DNA of 64,000 nt from Sphingobacterium mizutaii (GCA_040394615.1 JBEBRZ010000003.1:819-64818), one strand, 5' to 3'; counted from the first letter of the stretch, positions 39,520 to 48,584 are shown. Notes: generated by a model from the letters alone, not told the origin. Program-made: numbers and translations.

Positions 39520-40464
39520 TTAAAGGTTTTCTAATGCCTGATTGACATTTTTCTCAACCCTGTTTAATACTTCACCTTGTTCTGGAAATACAAATTTCTC
39601 TCCTGTGATGTGTTCGTAAAGTTCAATATAACGTTCTGAAATGGAATTAACAATCTCATCAGTCATTTCAGGCACCTGTTGACCATCTTTTCCTTGAAAA
39701 CCGTTCTCAATTAACCATTGTCTCACAAACTCTTTAGATAGTTGTTTTTGAGGTTCATTATTTGCCTGGCGTTCCGCATAACCCTCCGCATAAAAATAAC
39801 GGGAAGAGTCGGGTGTATGAATCTCATCAATTAAATAAATCTGACCATCCTTTTTACCAAACTCATATTTGGTATCAACCAGGATTAAGCCTCTTTCTGC
39901 CGCAATCTCAGTTCCTCTTTGAAACAATGCTCTCGCGTACTGTTCTAATTGTGTATAATCTTCTTCAGTGACGATGCCCTTTGCTAAAATATCTTCCCTA
40001 GAAATATCCTCATCATGACCGACAGCAGCTTTCGTTGTGGGGGTAATGATGGGTTCCGGCAATTTATCATTCTCTTTTAACCCTTCCGGTAATGTCACAC
40101 CACATAATTCACGACCACCGTCCCGGTAAGTTCGCCACAAATGTCCTGACACATAACCTCGAATAACCATTTCCACCTTAAAGGGTTCACAATTCTTGCC
40201 GATGGTGACATTGGGGTCAGGAACTGATGCTACCCAATTAGGAATGATATCTGAAGTAGCTTCTAAAAATTTAGAAGCAATTTGGTTTAATACCTGACCT
40301 TTATAAGGAATCGCTCTCGGAAGAACAACATCAAAAGCCGAAATACGATCCGATGCGATCATAACCAAATATTCGTCACCAATGCTGTAAACGTCTCTTA
40401 CCTTTCCTCTATAAAAAGCTGTTTGTCCTTTAAAGTTAAAGTTTGTTTCTTTTAATGTATTCAT
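39520..40464 (-). CDS. purC: SAICAR synthase
   Basis: [56 protein letters not shown]. Confidence 0.97.
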   Translation of the reverse strand: MNTLKETNFNFKGQTAFYRGKVRDVYSIGDEYLVMIASDRISAFDVVLPRAIPYKGQVLNQIASKFLEATSDIIPNWVASVPDPNVTIGKNCEPFKVEMVIRGYVSGHLWRTYRDGGRELCGVTLPEGLKENDKLPEPIITPTTKAAVGHDEDISREDILAKGIVTEEDYTQLEQYARALFQRGTEIAAERGLILVDTKYEFGKKDGQIYLIDEIHTPDSSRYFYAEGYAERQANNEPQKQLSKEFVRQWLIENGFQGKDGQQVPEMTDEIVNSISERYIELYEHITGEKFVFPEQGEVLNRVEKNVNQALENL

Positions 40465-40498
40465 CTTCTCTGCGTCTGGAACGCGTTAATTTCAATTA

Positions 40499-41470
40499 TT
40501 AAATATCTCCGTAAGCCTCTAAAATGCGTTTCACCAATTTATGACGAACTACATCTGACCCACTTAGGTAAATCATATCTATACCTTCAATTCCGTCCAA
40601 TATTTTTACTGCATTGATTAATCCGGACTGAATTTTTTTAGGTAAATCAACCTGTGTCATATCACCTGTAACAATAAATTTAGCTGTTGGCCCCATACGT
40701 GTTAAAAACATTTTTAACTGCATATCGGTTGCATTTTGTGCCTCATCCAGGATAACAAAACAATTATCCAACGTTCTGCCACGCATAAATGCGAGTGGAG
40801 CTACCTCAATTGTTCTGTTCTCCAAATAGCCTTTTAGCTTCTCCGCAGGAATCATATCATCCAAAGCATCGTACAAGGGGCGTAAATATGGATCCACCTT
40901 TTCCTTTAAGTCACCCGGTAAAAATCCTAAATTTTCCCCCGCCTCAACTGCCGGTCTGGTTAATATAATACGTTTGATTTCTTTATTTCTTAAAGCTCTC
41001 ACGGCTAACGCTACTGCTGTATACGTTTTTCCGGTACCGGCTGGGCCAATAGCAAACAAAATATCATTTTTATTGATGCTATCCACCATCCTACGTTGAT
41101 TTGGTGTCCGGGCTCGAACGATGATGCCATTCGGTCCATAAACAATAGGCTCACCTTTGAACGCTGCAGCTTTCTGTTCAGAATCCTCCTTTTCCGGAAT
41201 CGGAGATCTGGCAGTCGGCACTGCACCTAAAAGACTCTCTAACTCTAATAAGGAAAGCGACTGAAACTGATTGATATGTGCCAGAATATCATCAAATACC
41301 TGTTGGAATCTGGTCCGTTCACCCTCTTCACCTAGAACTTTTAATGTGCTCCCTCGAGCAACTAAGCGTAACTTCGGAAAAGCTTTCTTTATAAACTCAA
41401 AATTTTCATTCTGAGCCCCCCATAATGTTACCAAATTGACAACATCCAAATTGATTTCTAATTCACTCAA
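40499..41470 (-). CDS. phoH: PhoH-family ATPase (PhoH/YbeZ), TTG start
   Basis: GPAGTGKT, TRPAVEAGE.LGFLPGDL, LAFMRGRT, DEAQN, GDMTQVDL, VVRH. Confidence 0.95.
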   Translation of the reverse strand: MSELEINLDVVNLVTLWGAQNENFEFIKKAFPKLRLVARGSTLKVLGEEGERTRFQQVFDDILAHINQFQSLSLLELESLLGAVPTARSPIPEKEDSEQKAAAFKGEPIVYGPNGIIVRARTPNQRRMVDSINKNDILFAIGPAGTGKTYTAVALAVRALRNKEIKRIILTRPAVEAGENLGFLPGDLKEKVDPYLRPLYDALDDMIPAEKLKGYLENRTIEVAPLAFMRGRTLDNCFVILDEAQNATDMQLKMFLTRMGPTAKFIVTGDMTQVDLPKKIQSGLINAVKILDGIEGIDMIYLSGSDVVRHKLVKRILEAYGDI

Positions 41471-41661
41471 GTTATATCGTTATTAAATTTCAGATCAATT
41501 CACGTCTTGTCTCTATTGGCGTGAAACTAAAGATATCAAAAAAACGAAACTTTACGCCCTTTGAGTTCTTTTCTGAATCAAAAATACAAACTAATTGAGC
41601 AGAATTAAAAGCATTTGCATTTATTAATTCTAATAAGATTTAGCAATCGGTTTACTTTTTC

Positions 41662-41669
41662 TATTTTTG
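41662..41669 (+). promoter_or_regulatory. -7 box (TATTTTTG) for the DUF62 gene
   Basis: Exact TAnnTTTG, 56 bp upstream of the ATG. Confidence 0.5.
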
Positions 41670-41725
41670 TAATTCGCTTATCAATATAACAGAAAAAAAA
41701 TTTAGCTTCAGGCTGTCTGAACAAT

Positions 41726-42505
41726 ATGGGAGTAATTACGTTAACCACAGATTTAGGTCATCGCGATTTTTATCAAGCTGCACTCAAGGGCAGTATCATT
41801 TCGCAGTTGCCGGATGTAAGATTGGTTGATATCTCGCATGATATTCCTTCATTCAGCATTCAGCATGCCGCATTTGTTATCAACAATGCTTACCCCTATT
41901 TCCCAAAAAATACTGTTCACCTGATTGGTATAGACACGGTCTTTCAGGAAGACTCCCGTTATTTGGCAATGGCCTATAATGGACATTTCTTCGTAGGAGC
42001 AGACAACGGAATTTTCAGCATCATTACAGGCGAGGATCAACCGACAGAGATGGTGGAAATAAACATCATGCAGGATTTACGATATCTTCATTTCCCCCTT
42101 GCTGATATTCTCACCAAGGCTGCCTGTCATATTGCAAATGGCGGCAAATTAAATGCTATTGGAATTCCAATTGAAAATGCCGTCCAGAAAGCTACTTTCC
42201 AACCTATTTATAATCAAAATAGCATCAAAGGTCATGTGACCTTTATTGACTCTTTTGGTAATGTAATCAGTAATATTAGCAAAGACTTATTTAATCAGGT
42301 TCAACAAGGCAGGAATTTTATTCTACGCTTTAAAAGAAATGAAACCATCAGCAATTTAAGCTGGCATTATAATGAAGTCGCGGAAGGGGAGAAATTATGC
42401 CTGTTTGGAATCAGCAACTTTCTTGAGATTGCGATCAACAAAGGGCACGCAAGTCAATTACTGGGACTCTACCAAGATGAAACAATTTTAGTAGAATTCA
42501 TTTAA
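41726..42505 (+). CDS. DUF62 / SAM hydroxide adenosyltransferase (fluorinase/chlorinase superfamily) protein
   Basis: ITLTTDLG, VDISHDI, FVGADNG, IDSFGNVISNI, LEIAINKG.A..LGL. Confidence 0.9.
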   Translation: MGVITLTTDLGHRDFYQAALKGSIISQLPDVRLVDISHDIPSFSIQHAAFVINNAYPYFPKNTVHLIGIDTVFQEDSRYLAMAYNGHFFVGADNGIFSIITGEDQPTEMVEINIMQDLRYLHFPLADILTKAACHIANGGKLNAIGIPIENAVQKATFQPIYNQNSIKGHVTFIDSFGNVISNISKDLFNQVQQGRNFILRFKRNETISNLSWHYNEVAEGEKLCLFGISNFLEIAINKGHASQLLGLYQDETILVEFI

Positions 42506-42699
42506 AAATAAAATGTTCCACGTTTTTCTGTTTTCGTAATTTACTTATAAACAACTCCCTAAATAGCTATTTAAAGCTATTTCCATCAAACCACATAACC
42601 ACATTCTTCTTTCTCACCGTGTACTAAGATCTCTCTAAAAACAACTCCTAAAAAGCACCGATATTTAAATATTTCTTAGTCAGAAATTAACCATTTCTG

Positions 42700-42781
42700 C
42701 CCCATACTTTATCCCTTTCAAAACGGGTTTTCATTGGGTGAGATACGGGTGAGATATGGGTGAGGTATGGACAAGGTGGGG
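42700..42781. repeat. 11-bp-period G-rich tandem repeat with one inverted degenerate copy
   Basis: gggttttcatt gggtgagatac gggtgagatat gggtgaggtat ggacaaggtgg (42725-42779), preceded by ccccatactttatccc (42700-42715). Confidence 0.85.
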
Positions 42782-42860
42782 ATTGTTTAGATTTAAAATC
42801 ATTGACACGAAACAAAAGTTTTTAAAGTCTGGTATCTGTTGTCTTTTGTCTAAAAAATTA

Positions 42861-42890
42861 AAAAAGGGTGATAAGCTTTGCTTACCACCC
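42861..42890 (-). terminator. Intrinsic terminator of the LVIVD-barrel operon
   Basis: Minus strand reads gggtggtaagc-aaa-gcttatcaccc-ttttt. The G.U pair forms only on the minus strand. Confidence 0.8.
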
Positions 42891-42932
42891 GCCCATTTCT
42901 GGCTATTAGGAATTGTTAAAAAATAATCTTTA

Positions 42933-43538
42933 CTAGAAACCGAAACCCAGCTTTAGTACCATTCGGTGTACATCAATCTTATTTTGCTGCTTATAGTCTC
43001 TTGTTGAATATGGCATATAGAGGTCATACCAAACAGGACTTGTTACCTTCGTAAAATAATCTGCTTTAATATGCTGATACTGGTAACCTAAACTTAGCGT
43101 CATGAAACTCTTACCTTCACCTACTGTCCAACGAGTGCCAATTGCAGGATTAAAACGCAGACCTCCTTTTATATCACGCTCCATGTTAGTTTCAGTCTCC
43201 CAGGCAAAACCATAACCTGCATCCAAACTTGCAAACATCCTTGTTGTTTTGGGCTCCAAAAAAGTATACCTAACCGATAATGAAACAGGAATAACAGCGA
43301 ATTTGTGATTACCTTTTACGGTAAACTTATCATAACCCAAGGTAGCTCCGATGGCCAAATCCGGATTAAGCAAATAGCCATTAAAAGTTTGAACAGTTAA
43401 ACCAACTTCCTTAAAACTTAAATTATAGGGCAACATACCAACTTCGTTATGATTTGTATAACGACTTTGTTGAGCCAAAATTGGCTGTGATGACCAAAAT
43501 CCAACAAAGGTCAGTACGAATATTATATATTTTCTCAT
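42933..43538 (-). CDS. Small outer-membrane beta-barrel protein of unknown function
   Basis: Signal peptide ending ILAQ, alternating amphipathic strands (DAGYGF, LSLGYQYQ), C-terminal beta-signal VLKLGFGF. Confidence 0.75.
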   Translation of the reverse strand: MRKYIIFVLTFVGFWSSQPILAQQSRYTNHNEVGMLPYNLSFKEVGLTVQTFNGYLLNPDLAIGATLGYDKFTVKGNHKFAVIPVSLSVRYTFLEPKTTRMFASLDAGYGFAWETETNMERDIKGGLRFNPAIGTRWTVGEGKSFMTLSLGYQYQHIKADYFTKVTSPVWYDLYMPYSTRDYKQQNKIDVHRMVLKLGFGF

Positions 43539-43547
43539 AAACCTTTG

Positions 43548-44822
43548 TTAGTTTCTATTTTTTGTAATACAGCTTAACTTCTTCAAATTAGACGGATTTT
43601 TATAATCGAATTGACAAATACCATCAATACCCATCACGATAAGTGATTTAGGACCTGCAATCACATCAGAACTTTTAACATCTTCTAAATACTGTATTCT
43701 ATTTTTGTCGATATTATTAACATCTGACACTTTAAAACTCTTTAAACCAAAATTACCTTCACAAATAAATAAATGGTCTCCAGATAGCGCTAATCCATGT
43801 GGATTCTTCATTTCATAAGCTTTTATGAGTTTAGGATTCTTCAGATCTTTTATATCCAACACTTGCAATTGGTTCTGGTTGCCCTGACAAAAGTTCCCTG
43901 TTCTTAAAGTCACAAATGCATAATTATCATTTACAACGACCGGATCACAAGCCACTACGTGTATATAATTAGCAATCTCAACAGGTTCAGTAGGATTGGA
44001 AATATCCAGAATATGCATTCCATTATTTGCACCGACAAAGAGATTCTTTTTATAAGGGAATAAGGTTTCAATACCAAAGTTGAGCTGAGTTTCGTTTAAC
44101 AATTTTGGTGAACGAGCATTTACTAAATCAAAGTTTTTAATTTTATCTTGATAAATAGAAAAAAGGAAGTTTTCTGCAATGGCAAACCGAGCTAAAGAAC
44201 CGGCCTGTCCTACCTGATTACTCTCTCCTGAAGAAGAGTTATTATAATCTAAATAAATAGGTTGGTCCTTGGGTATATATTTTGATTTTTCTTCTCTAGA
44301 AATTAAAGAGTCTTTGTAAGCGAAAGGAACCATATCCTTATCCTCCAACTGATACCTAACCCCTGTTTCAGAGGTGTATTTTACACTGAATACATCTTTC
44401 TGTCTGTCGATCAATTTTGGGTTTGAAATATCTGAAATATCAAAAGTCAACAGATCGACTATATTGTCCACATATAATAAATCATTTTGTACACCTAGGT
44501 CATAATTTCCGCTGATTGGCAAGAACCCCACGGATTTTGGATTTTCTGGATTTTCATTATTGTAGAAGTGAATACCTTTATTTGGTTCGTTAATTAATAG
44601 ATAATCCTTGTATAAGTATATTTTTCCAATGTTATGCATTGGTCTGGCAACGGTGAGTTTCACATTGGAAGCTCTTATCTCCCCTAAAGTTTTATAGATA
44701 GGAATCTCAATTACATATTCTTCTTTCATATCAATTTTATCGCACCCGTTAAAGCTGAACAGAAAGAGTAACGGCAAAATCAGCCGAAGACTGGTAATTA
44801 ACGTTTGATTAACACTTTTCAT
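43548..44822 (-). CDS. LVIVD-repeat beta-propeller lipoprotein
   Basis: Lipobox FNGC. Repeats LLTFDISDISNPK, MHILDISNPTEP and LQVLDIKDLKNPK. GSLARFAI and CDPVVV motifs. Confidence 0.88.
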   Translation of the reverse strand: MKSVNQTLITSLRLILPLLFLFSFNGCDKIDMKEEYVIEIPIYKTLGEIRASNVKLTVARPMHNIGKIYLYKDYLLINEPNKGIHFYNNENPENPKSVGFLPISGNYDLGVQNDLLYVDNIVDLLTFDISDISNPKLIDRQKDVFSVKYTSETGVRYQLEDKDMVPFAYKDSLISREEKSKYIPKDQPIYLDYNNSSSGESNQVGQAGSLARFAIAENFLFSIYQDKIKNFDLVNARSPKLLNETQLNFGIETLFPYKKNLFVGANNGMHILDISNPTEPVEIANYIHVVACDPVVVNDNYAFVTLRTGNFCQGNQNQLQVLDIKDLKNPKLIKAYEMKNPHGLALSGDHLFICEGNFGLKSFKVSDVNNIDKNRIQYLEDVKSSDVIAGPKSLIVMGIDGICQFDYKNPSNLKKLSCITKNRN

Positions 44823-44950
44823 AATTTTAGTTAATGGTTTTTAAGGAAAACGAGGATTGCATCTTTTCCGCTACAAGAAAAAGAAAAAAGGCAGTAAAAT
44901 TGCTAGTAACAATGCCACAACAAAATGAGATTTTAGATTTAAGAAATAAT

Positions 44951-45502
44951 ATGAAAAAGCATCTTTTAATAATAGTCCTTTTCACGACGTTCTTTCAACT
45001 CCTAAAAGCACAGGACAGCACAGCAATCAAAGCTGATTCATTAACCTTTGAGGCGCAACGAGAGCGCGTAAATAAATTATTGAACGATCGAAGTAGTCGA
45101 TTTGGAGAATACGATCAATCTTTAGAAAAAAAAACAGGCGTGTTTGGTTTATTTAAAACCAAGAAGGATATGCAAAAGTCGATCGACATTTTAAGGCAGA
45201 TTGTACTCAATGACAATAATATTTTTGTTGAGACAAGAAAGCTCTTGGATTTGAAGGATGCCCAAAGCGAACGATACCAACGGCTAGCAAATGAATACGA
45301 TATGCAGGTTTCTGCATATATGAAGACTATTACTAAATTACAGACCGAGAATGATAAATTGAGAGAAGACATTAAGTCTTTAGAAAACACGGATAGAGGG
45401 AGCGGAATTTTGCTCTATCTGGCCATTCTCGTTATTATAGGTTTAATTATTGTTCTTATTTATCAAAACAATAGGCATAAACAAAAAAAATTGACGGAAT
45501 AG
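44951..45502 (+). CDS. Exported coiled-coil protein with C-terminal membrane anchor (hypothetical)
   Basis: Signal peptide from MKKHLL (start 44951; ORF track 44834), heptad-rich core, C-terminal TM segment GILLYLAILVIIGLIIVLIY. Confidence 0.7.
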   Translation: MKKHLLIIVLFTTFFQLLKAQDSTAIKADSLTFEAQRERVNKLLNDRSSRFGEYDQSLEKKTGVFGLFKTKKDMQKSIDILRQIVLNDNNIFVETRKLLDLKDAQSERYQRLANEYDMQVSAYMKTITKLQTENDKLREDIKSLENTDRGSGILLYLAILVIIGLIIVLIYQNNRHKQKKLTE

Positions 45503-45527
45503 TGATAAGAAGACTTTTATATATTGG

Positions 45528-45535
45528 TACTTTTG
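45528..45535 (+). promoter_or_regulatory. -7 box (TACTTTTG) for the ABC transporter gene
   Basis: Exact TAnnTTTG, 25 bp upstream of the ATG. Confidence 0.6.
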
Positions 45536-45560
45536 CTCTAAAAGTGATATAAATTAATCC

Positions 45561-47396
45561 ATGGCCAGACCGAGATTGAATAGTGGAGATACCCATTCGG
45601 AAGATTTACCCAAACCGAAGTTAAACAAAGACTCGCTAAAGAAAGCTTTAAAGATATTTTCATATATCAAGCCTTTTAAGTGGAAATTTATAATAGGGAT
45701 GATATTTTTGATATTATCCAGTTTAACCATGCTTACATTTCCGGCATTACTTGGTGCAATGATTGATGCTGCCCAAGGTAAACAAACGTATCCCTGGTTA
45801 CCGGCCAGCGTGATGTATATCGGAGTGCTCTCTTTGATAATCCTTTCATTTCAATCCATCATTTCTTTTTTTAGAATACGTCTCTTTGTAGAAATTGCGG
45901 AAAAATCATTATCCAATATCCGTAAGGATACTTACCACCGTTTAATAACACTTCCTATTGATTTTTTTGCGAATAGGCGCGTAGGTGAATTAAACAGTAG
46001 ATTGTCCTCGGATCTTTCGCAAATTCAAGACACCATGACAACCACTTTAGCAGAAATATTGAGGCAAACAATTAGTTTATGCTTCGGGGTTGTTCTTCTT
46101 ATTTTTGTTTCTCCAAAGCTGGCATTGATGAATCTATGTATTTTGCCCGTAATCGTGATTGCAGCTTTGATCTTTGGTAGATTCATTCGAAAATTATCAA
46201 AAGAATCGCAGGATAAATTAGCAGAATCAAATTCTATTGTACAGGAGACATTATTAGGTATTAGTAATGTAAAAGCTTTTGTAAACGAATTTTTTGAATC
46301 AAACCGTTATTCAGAAAAGCTAAACCAATCAGTAGCCTTGGCAGTAAAAGGAGCAACCTTTAGAGGGATTTTTGCTTCTTTTATCATTTTTGCCATCTTC
46401 GGAGCGGTCATCGTTGTCATCTGGTATGGAGCTTCCTTAGTTTCAATTCATGAAATTACAGTGGGAGATTTAACTACGTACATCTTATATTCCATGTTTG
46501 TAGCTGGTTCTATGGGTAGTTTTCCTGAGCTATATGCCAGTATCCAACGATCGTTGGGTGCAAGTGAACGAGTACTGGAAATTTTAAATGAAGATCAAGA
46601 GGATATTCGGGTTAATAATGAGGATAAAGAGATAAAACGTCATTTACACGGTGATATCATATTTGACCACGTGAGGTTTTCTTATCCGACACGACCTGAT
46701 ATTAAAACATTAAAAGACATCTCTTTCCACGTCAAATCAGGCGAGAAGTTAGCGATTGTTGGCCCCAGCGGGACTGGAAAATCCACGATTGCTTCTTTGA
46801 TCTTACAATTTTATCAGCCTTCTAGTGGCAAAATCTATTACGATGGGATTCCTTCAGATCAACTGGCTTTGACAGATATCAGGAATCAAGTTGCCATTGT
46901 GCCACAAGATGTTCTCCTATTTGGAGGAACGATCCGTGAGAATATCAGTTACGGAAACTTAAGCGCCGAGGCAGAGGATATTATTACAGCTGCTAAGCGA
47001 GCTAATGCACATAATTTCATCATGGATCTGCCGGAAGGTTATGAAACAATGGTCGGGGAGCGGGGGGTTAAATTATCTGGGGGACAACGACAAAGAATAG
47101 CTATTGCGCGGGCTTTATTGAAAGATCCTGCCATTTTAATATTGGATGAGGCGACTTCTTCACTGGATTCAGAATCGGAAAGAATGGTACAACAGGCTCT
47201 GGTAGAGTTGATGAAAAATAGAACTTCCATTATTATAGCACATAGACTGTCTACTATAAGAGACGCTGACATGATTTTGGTTGTAGAAGATGGTATAATT
47301 TCTGACAAGGGAACGCATCAGGAATTAATGGAAAAAAGAAGTGGATTATATCAACATCTCTACACCTTACAATCTTTGCAATCGGTTGAGAGTTAA
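45561..47396 (+). CDS. ABC exporter, fused TMD-NBD (MsbA-like)
   Basis: Six-TM domain, Walker A GPSGTGKST, LSGGQRQR, ILILDEATSSLD, IAHRLST. Confidence 0.95.
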   Translation: MARPRLNSGDTHSEDLPKPKLNKDSLKKALKIFSYIKPFKWKFIIGMIFLILSSLTMLTFPALLGAMIDAAQGKQTYPWLPASVMYIGVLSLIILSFQSIISFFRIRLFVEIAEKSLSNIRKDTYHRLITLPIDFFANRRVGELNSRLSSDLSQIQDTMTTTLAEILRQTISLCFGVVLLIFVSPKLALMNLCILPVIVIAALIFGRFIRKLSKESQDKLAESNSIVQETLLGISNVKAFVNEFFESNRYSEKLNQSVALAVKGATFRGIFASFIIFAIFGAVIVVIWYGASLVSIHEITVGDLTTYILYSMFVAGSMGSFPELYASIQRSLGASERVLEILNEDQEDIRVNNEDKEIKRHLHGDIIFDHVRFSYPTRPDIKTLKDISFHVKSGEKLAIVGPSGTGKSTIASLILQFYQPSSGKIYYDGIPSDQLALTDIRNQVAIVPQDVLLFGGTIRENISYGNLSAEAEDIITAAKRANAHNFIMDLPEGYETMVGERGVKLSGGQRQRIAIARALLKDPAILILDEATSSLDSESERMVQQALVELMKNRTSIIIAHRLSTIRDADMILVVEDGIISDKGTHQELMEKRSGLYQHLYTLQSLQSVES

Positions 47397-47491
47397 TTTT
47401 TGTTAATTTGTAAAGGCGAAAAACTTTTTGGCGTATACCTTGTTAATAATAACAGTATATATTGAACTAAATAGGATAAAAATATATAATC

Positions 47492-47869
47492 ATGGAAAAA
47501 AATAGAAATGGATTAGTGGCATTTGCCCTACTTGGATTGGCCGTTGGAACTGCAGCATACTATTTATTGGGAACTGAAGATGGAAAGAAACAACTAGACC
47601 GTGCAAATGACGGTATTAAAAGTTTAACAAATTCAATCAGAGATATCTCTAAAAAAGAAGCTAAACGTGCTTCTAAATTAGCGAAGAGTGCAAAATCTGA
47701 CTTAGAAAACTTAAAAGATCGTGCTAAAAACGCAGGTCGTGATGCGTTAGATAAAGCTTCTTCAAAAGCAAATGAATGGGCAAATAAAGCAGCTGATGCG
47801 GCACATAATATTGCTGGTAAAGCTGAAGATGTAGCTGACAAAGCAAAATCAGATATTAAAAACGCATAA
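47492..47869 (+). CDS. YtxH-like membrane-anchored helical protein
   Basis: N-terminal TM segment GLAVGTAAYYLLGTEDGKK, then Ala/Lys/Asp-rich helical repeats. Confidence 0.8.
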   Translation: MEKNRNGLVAFALLGLAVGTAAYYLLGTEDGKKQLDRANDGIKSLTNSIRDISKKEAKRASKLAKSAKSDLENLKDRAKNAGRDALDKASSKANEWANKAADAAHNIAGKAEDVADKAKSDIKNA

Positions 47870-47910
47870 TTTCTAAGACGTCTTTATACGTTGCTCAACA
47901 GATTGATTTG

Positions 47911-47918
47911 TATCTTTG
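47911..47918 (+). promoter_or_regulatory. -7 box (TATCTTTG) for ccmB
   Basis: Exact TAnnTTTG with TTG 17 bp upstream. It overlaps the ORF-track TTG start at 47916. Confidence 0.7.
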
Positions 47919-47924
47919 CAATTA

Positions 47925-48584
47925 ATGAATCTGTTAGAACAAGTAAAAACGTTGATATATAAGGATGTTGTTTTAGAATGGCGATCAAAATATGCCATTA
48001 ACAGTATCCTGCTTTATGTAGTATCCACAGTGTTTGTATGTTATCAATCATTCAAATCTGTGGATACTATTGTTTGGAATACTTTGTTCTGGATAATTTT
48101 GTTATTTGCTGCGATTAACGCAATGAGTCGTAGTTTCATTCAGGAAACAGGACCTCGTCAGTTATATTATTATTCCATAGTCAGTCCGAAAGCAATTATC
48201 CTTGCTAAAATCATCTACAACTCTGTATTGATGATTCTCTTATCCAGCACCGCATTTATTATTTACAATCTCATTTTCAATAGTCAAGCAGAGAATTTAG
48301 CAGTTTATTGTTTAGCGATATTATTGGGCAGTATCAGCTTTGCTACTGTCTTTACTATGGTCGCAGGTATTAGTGCCAAAGCTGGCAATAACAGTACGAT
48401 TATGGCCATCTTGAGTTTTCCGGTTATCATTCCATTACTGATTGTGTTGATTACACTATCACAAAATGCTGTAAATGGGGGATCAATTGCTACTAACTGG
48501 GCCGATATCGCTGTTTTATTGGCAATTAATATTGTTACAATTGCTATTTCTTTATTGTTATTTCCTTACCTTTGGCGTGATTGA
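47925..48584 (+). CDS. ccmB: Heme exporter protein B
   Basis: KDVVLEWR, LFWIILLFA, ILAKIIYN and ILSFPVIIPLL; six TM segments; upstream of ccmC. Confidence 0.9.
   Translation: MNLLEQVKTLIYKDVVLEWRSKYAINSILLYVVSTVFVCYQSFKSVDTIVWNTLFWIILLFAAINAMSRSFIQETGPRQLYYYSIVSPKAIILAKIIYNSVLMILLSSTAFIIYNLIFNSQAENLAVYCLAILLGSISFATVFTMVAGISAKAGNNSTIMAILSFPVIIPLLIVLITLSQNAVNGGSIATNWADIAVLLAINIVTIAISLLLFPYLWRD

Noticed and set aside
42514-42523. TGTTCCACGT, resembling the left part of a parS site (TGTTNCACGTGAAACA)
   Set aside because: Only 10 consecutive bases match and the right arm (TTTTCT) breaks the palindrome. No parAB or origin genes are in the window.
42700-42781. 11-bp repeats as a CRISPR array
   Set aside because: The units are contiguous with no unique spacers, they are far shorter than CRISPR repeats, and there are no cas genes.
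42690-42810. Small peptides encoded across the repeat (MILNLNNPHLVHTSPISHPYLTQ and MKTRFERDKVWGRNG, minus strand)
   Set aside because: They are very short, lie downstream of a terminator, and the 11-bp period shifts frame, so the repeat is not protein-driven.
45561-47396. ABC transporter as ccmA
   Set aside because: It is a 611-aa fused TMD-NBD exporter, whereas CcmA is a stand-alone NBD of about 200 aa. It is also separated from ccmB by another gene and a promoter.
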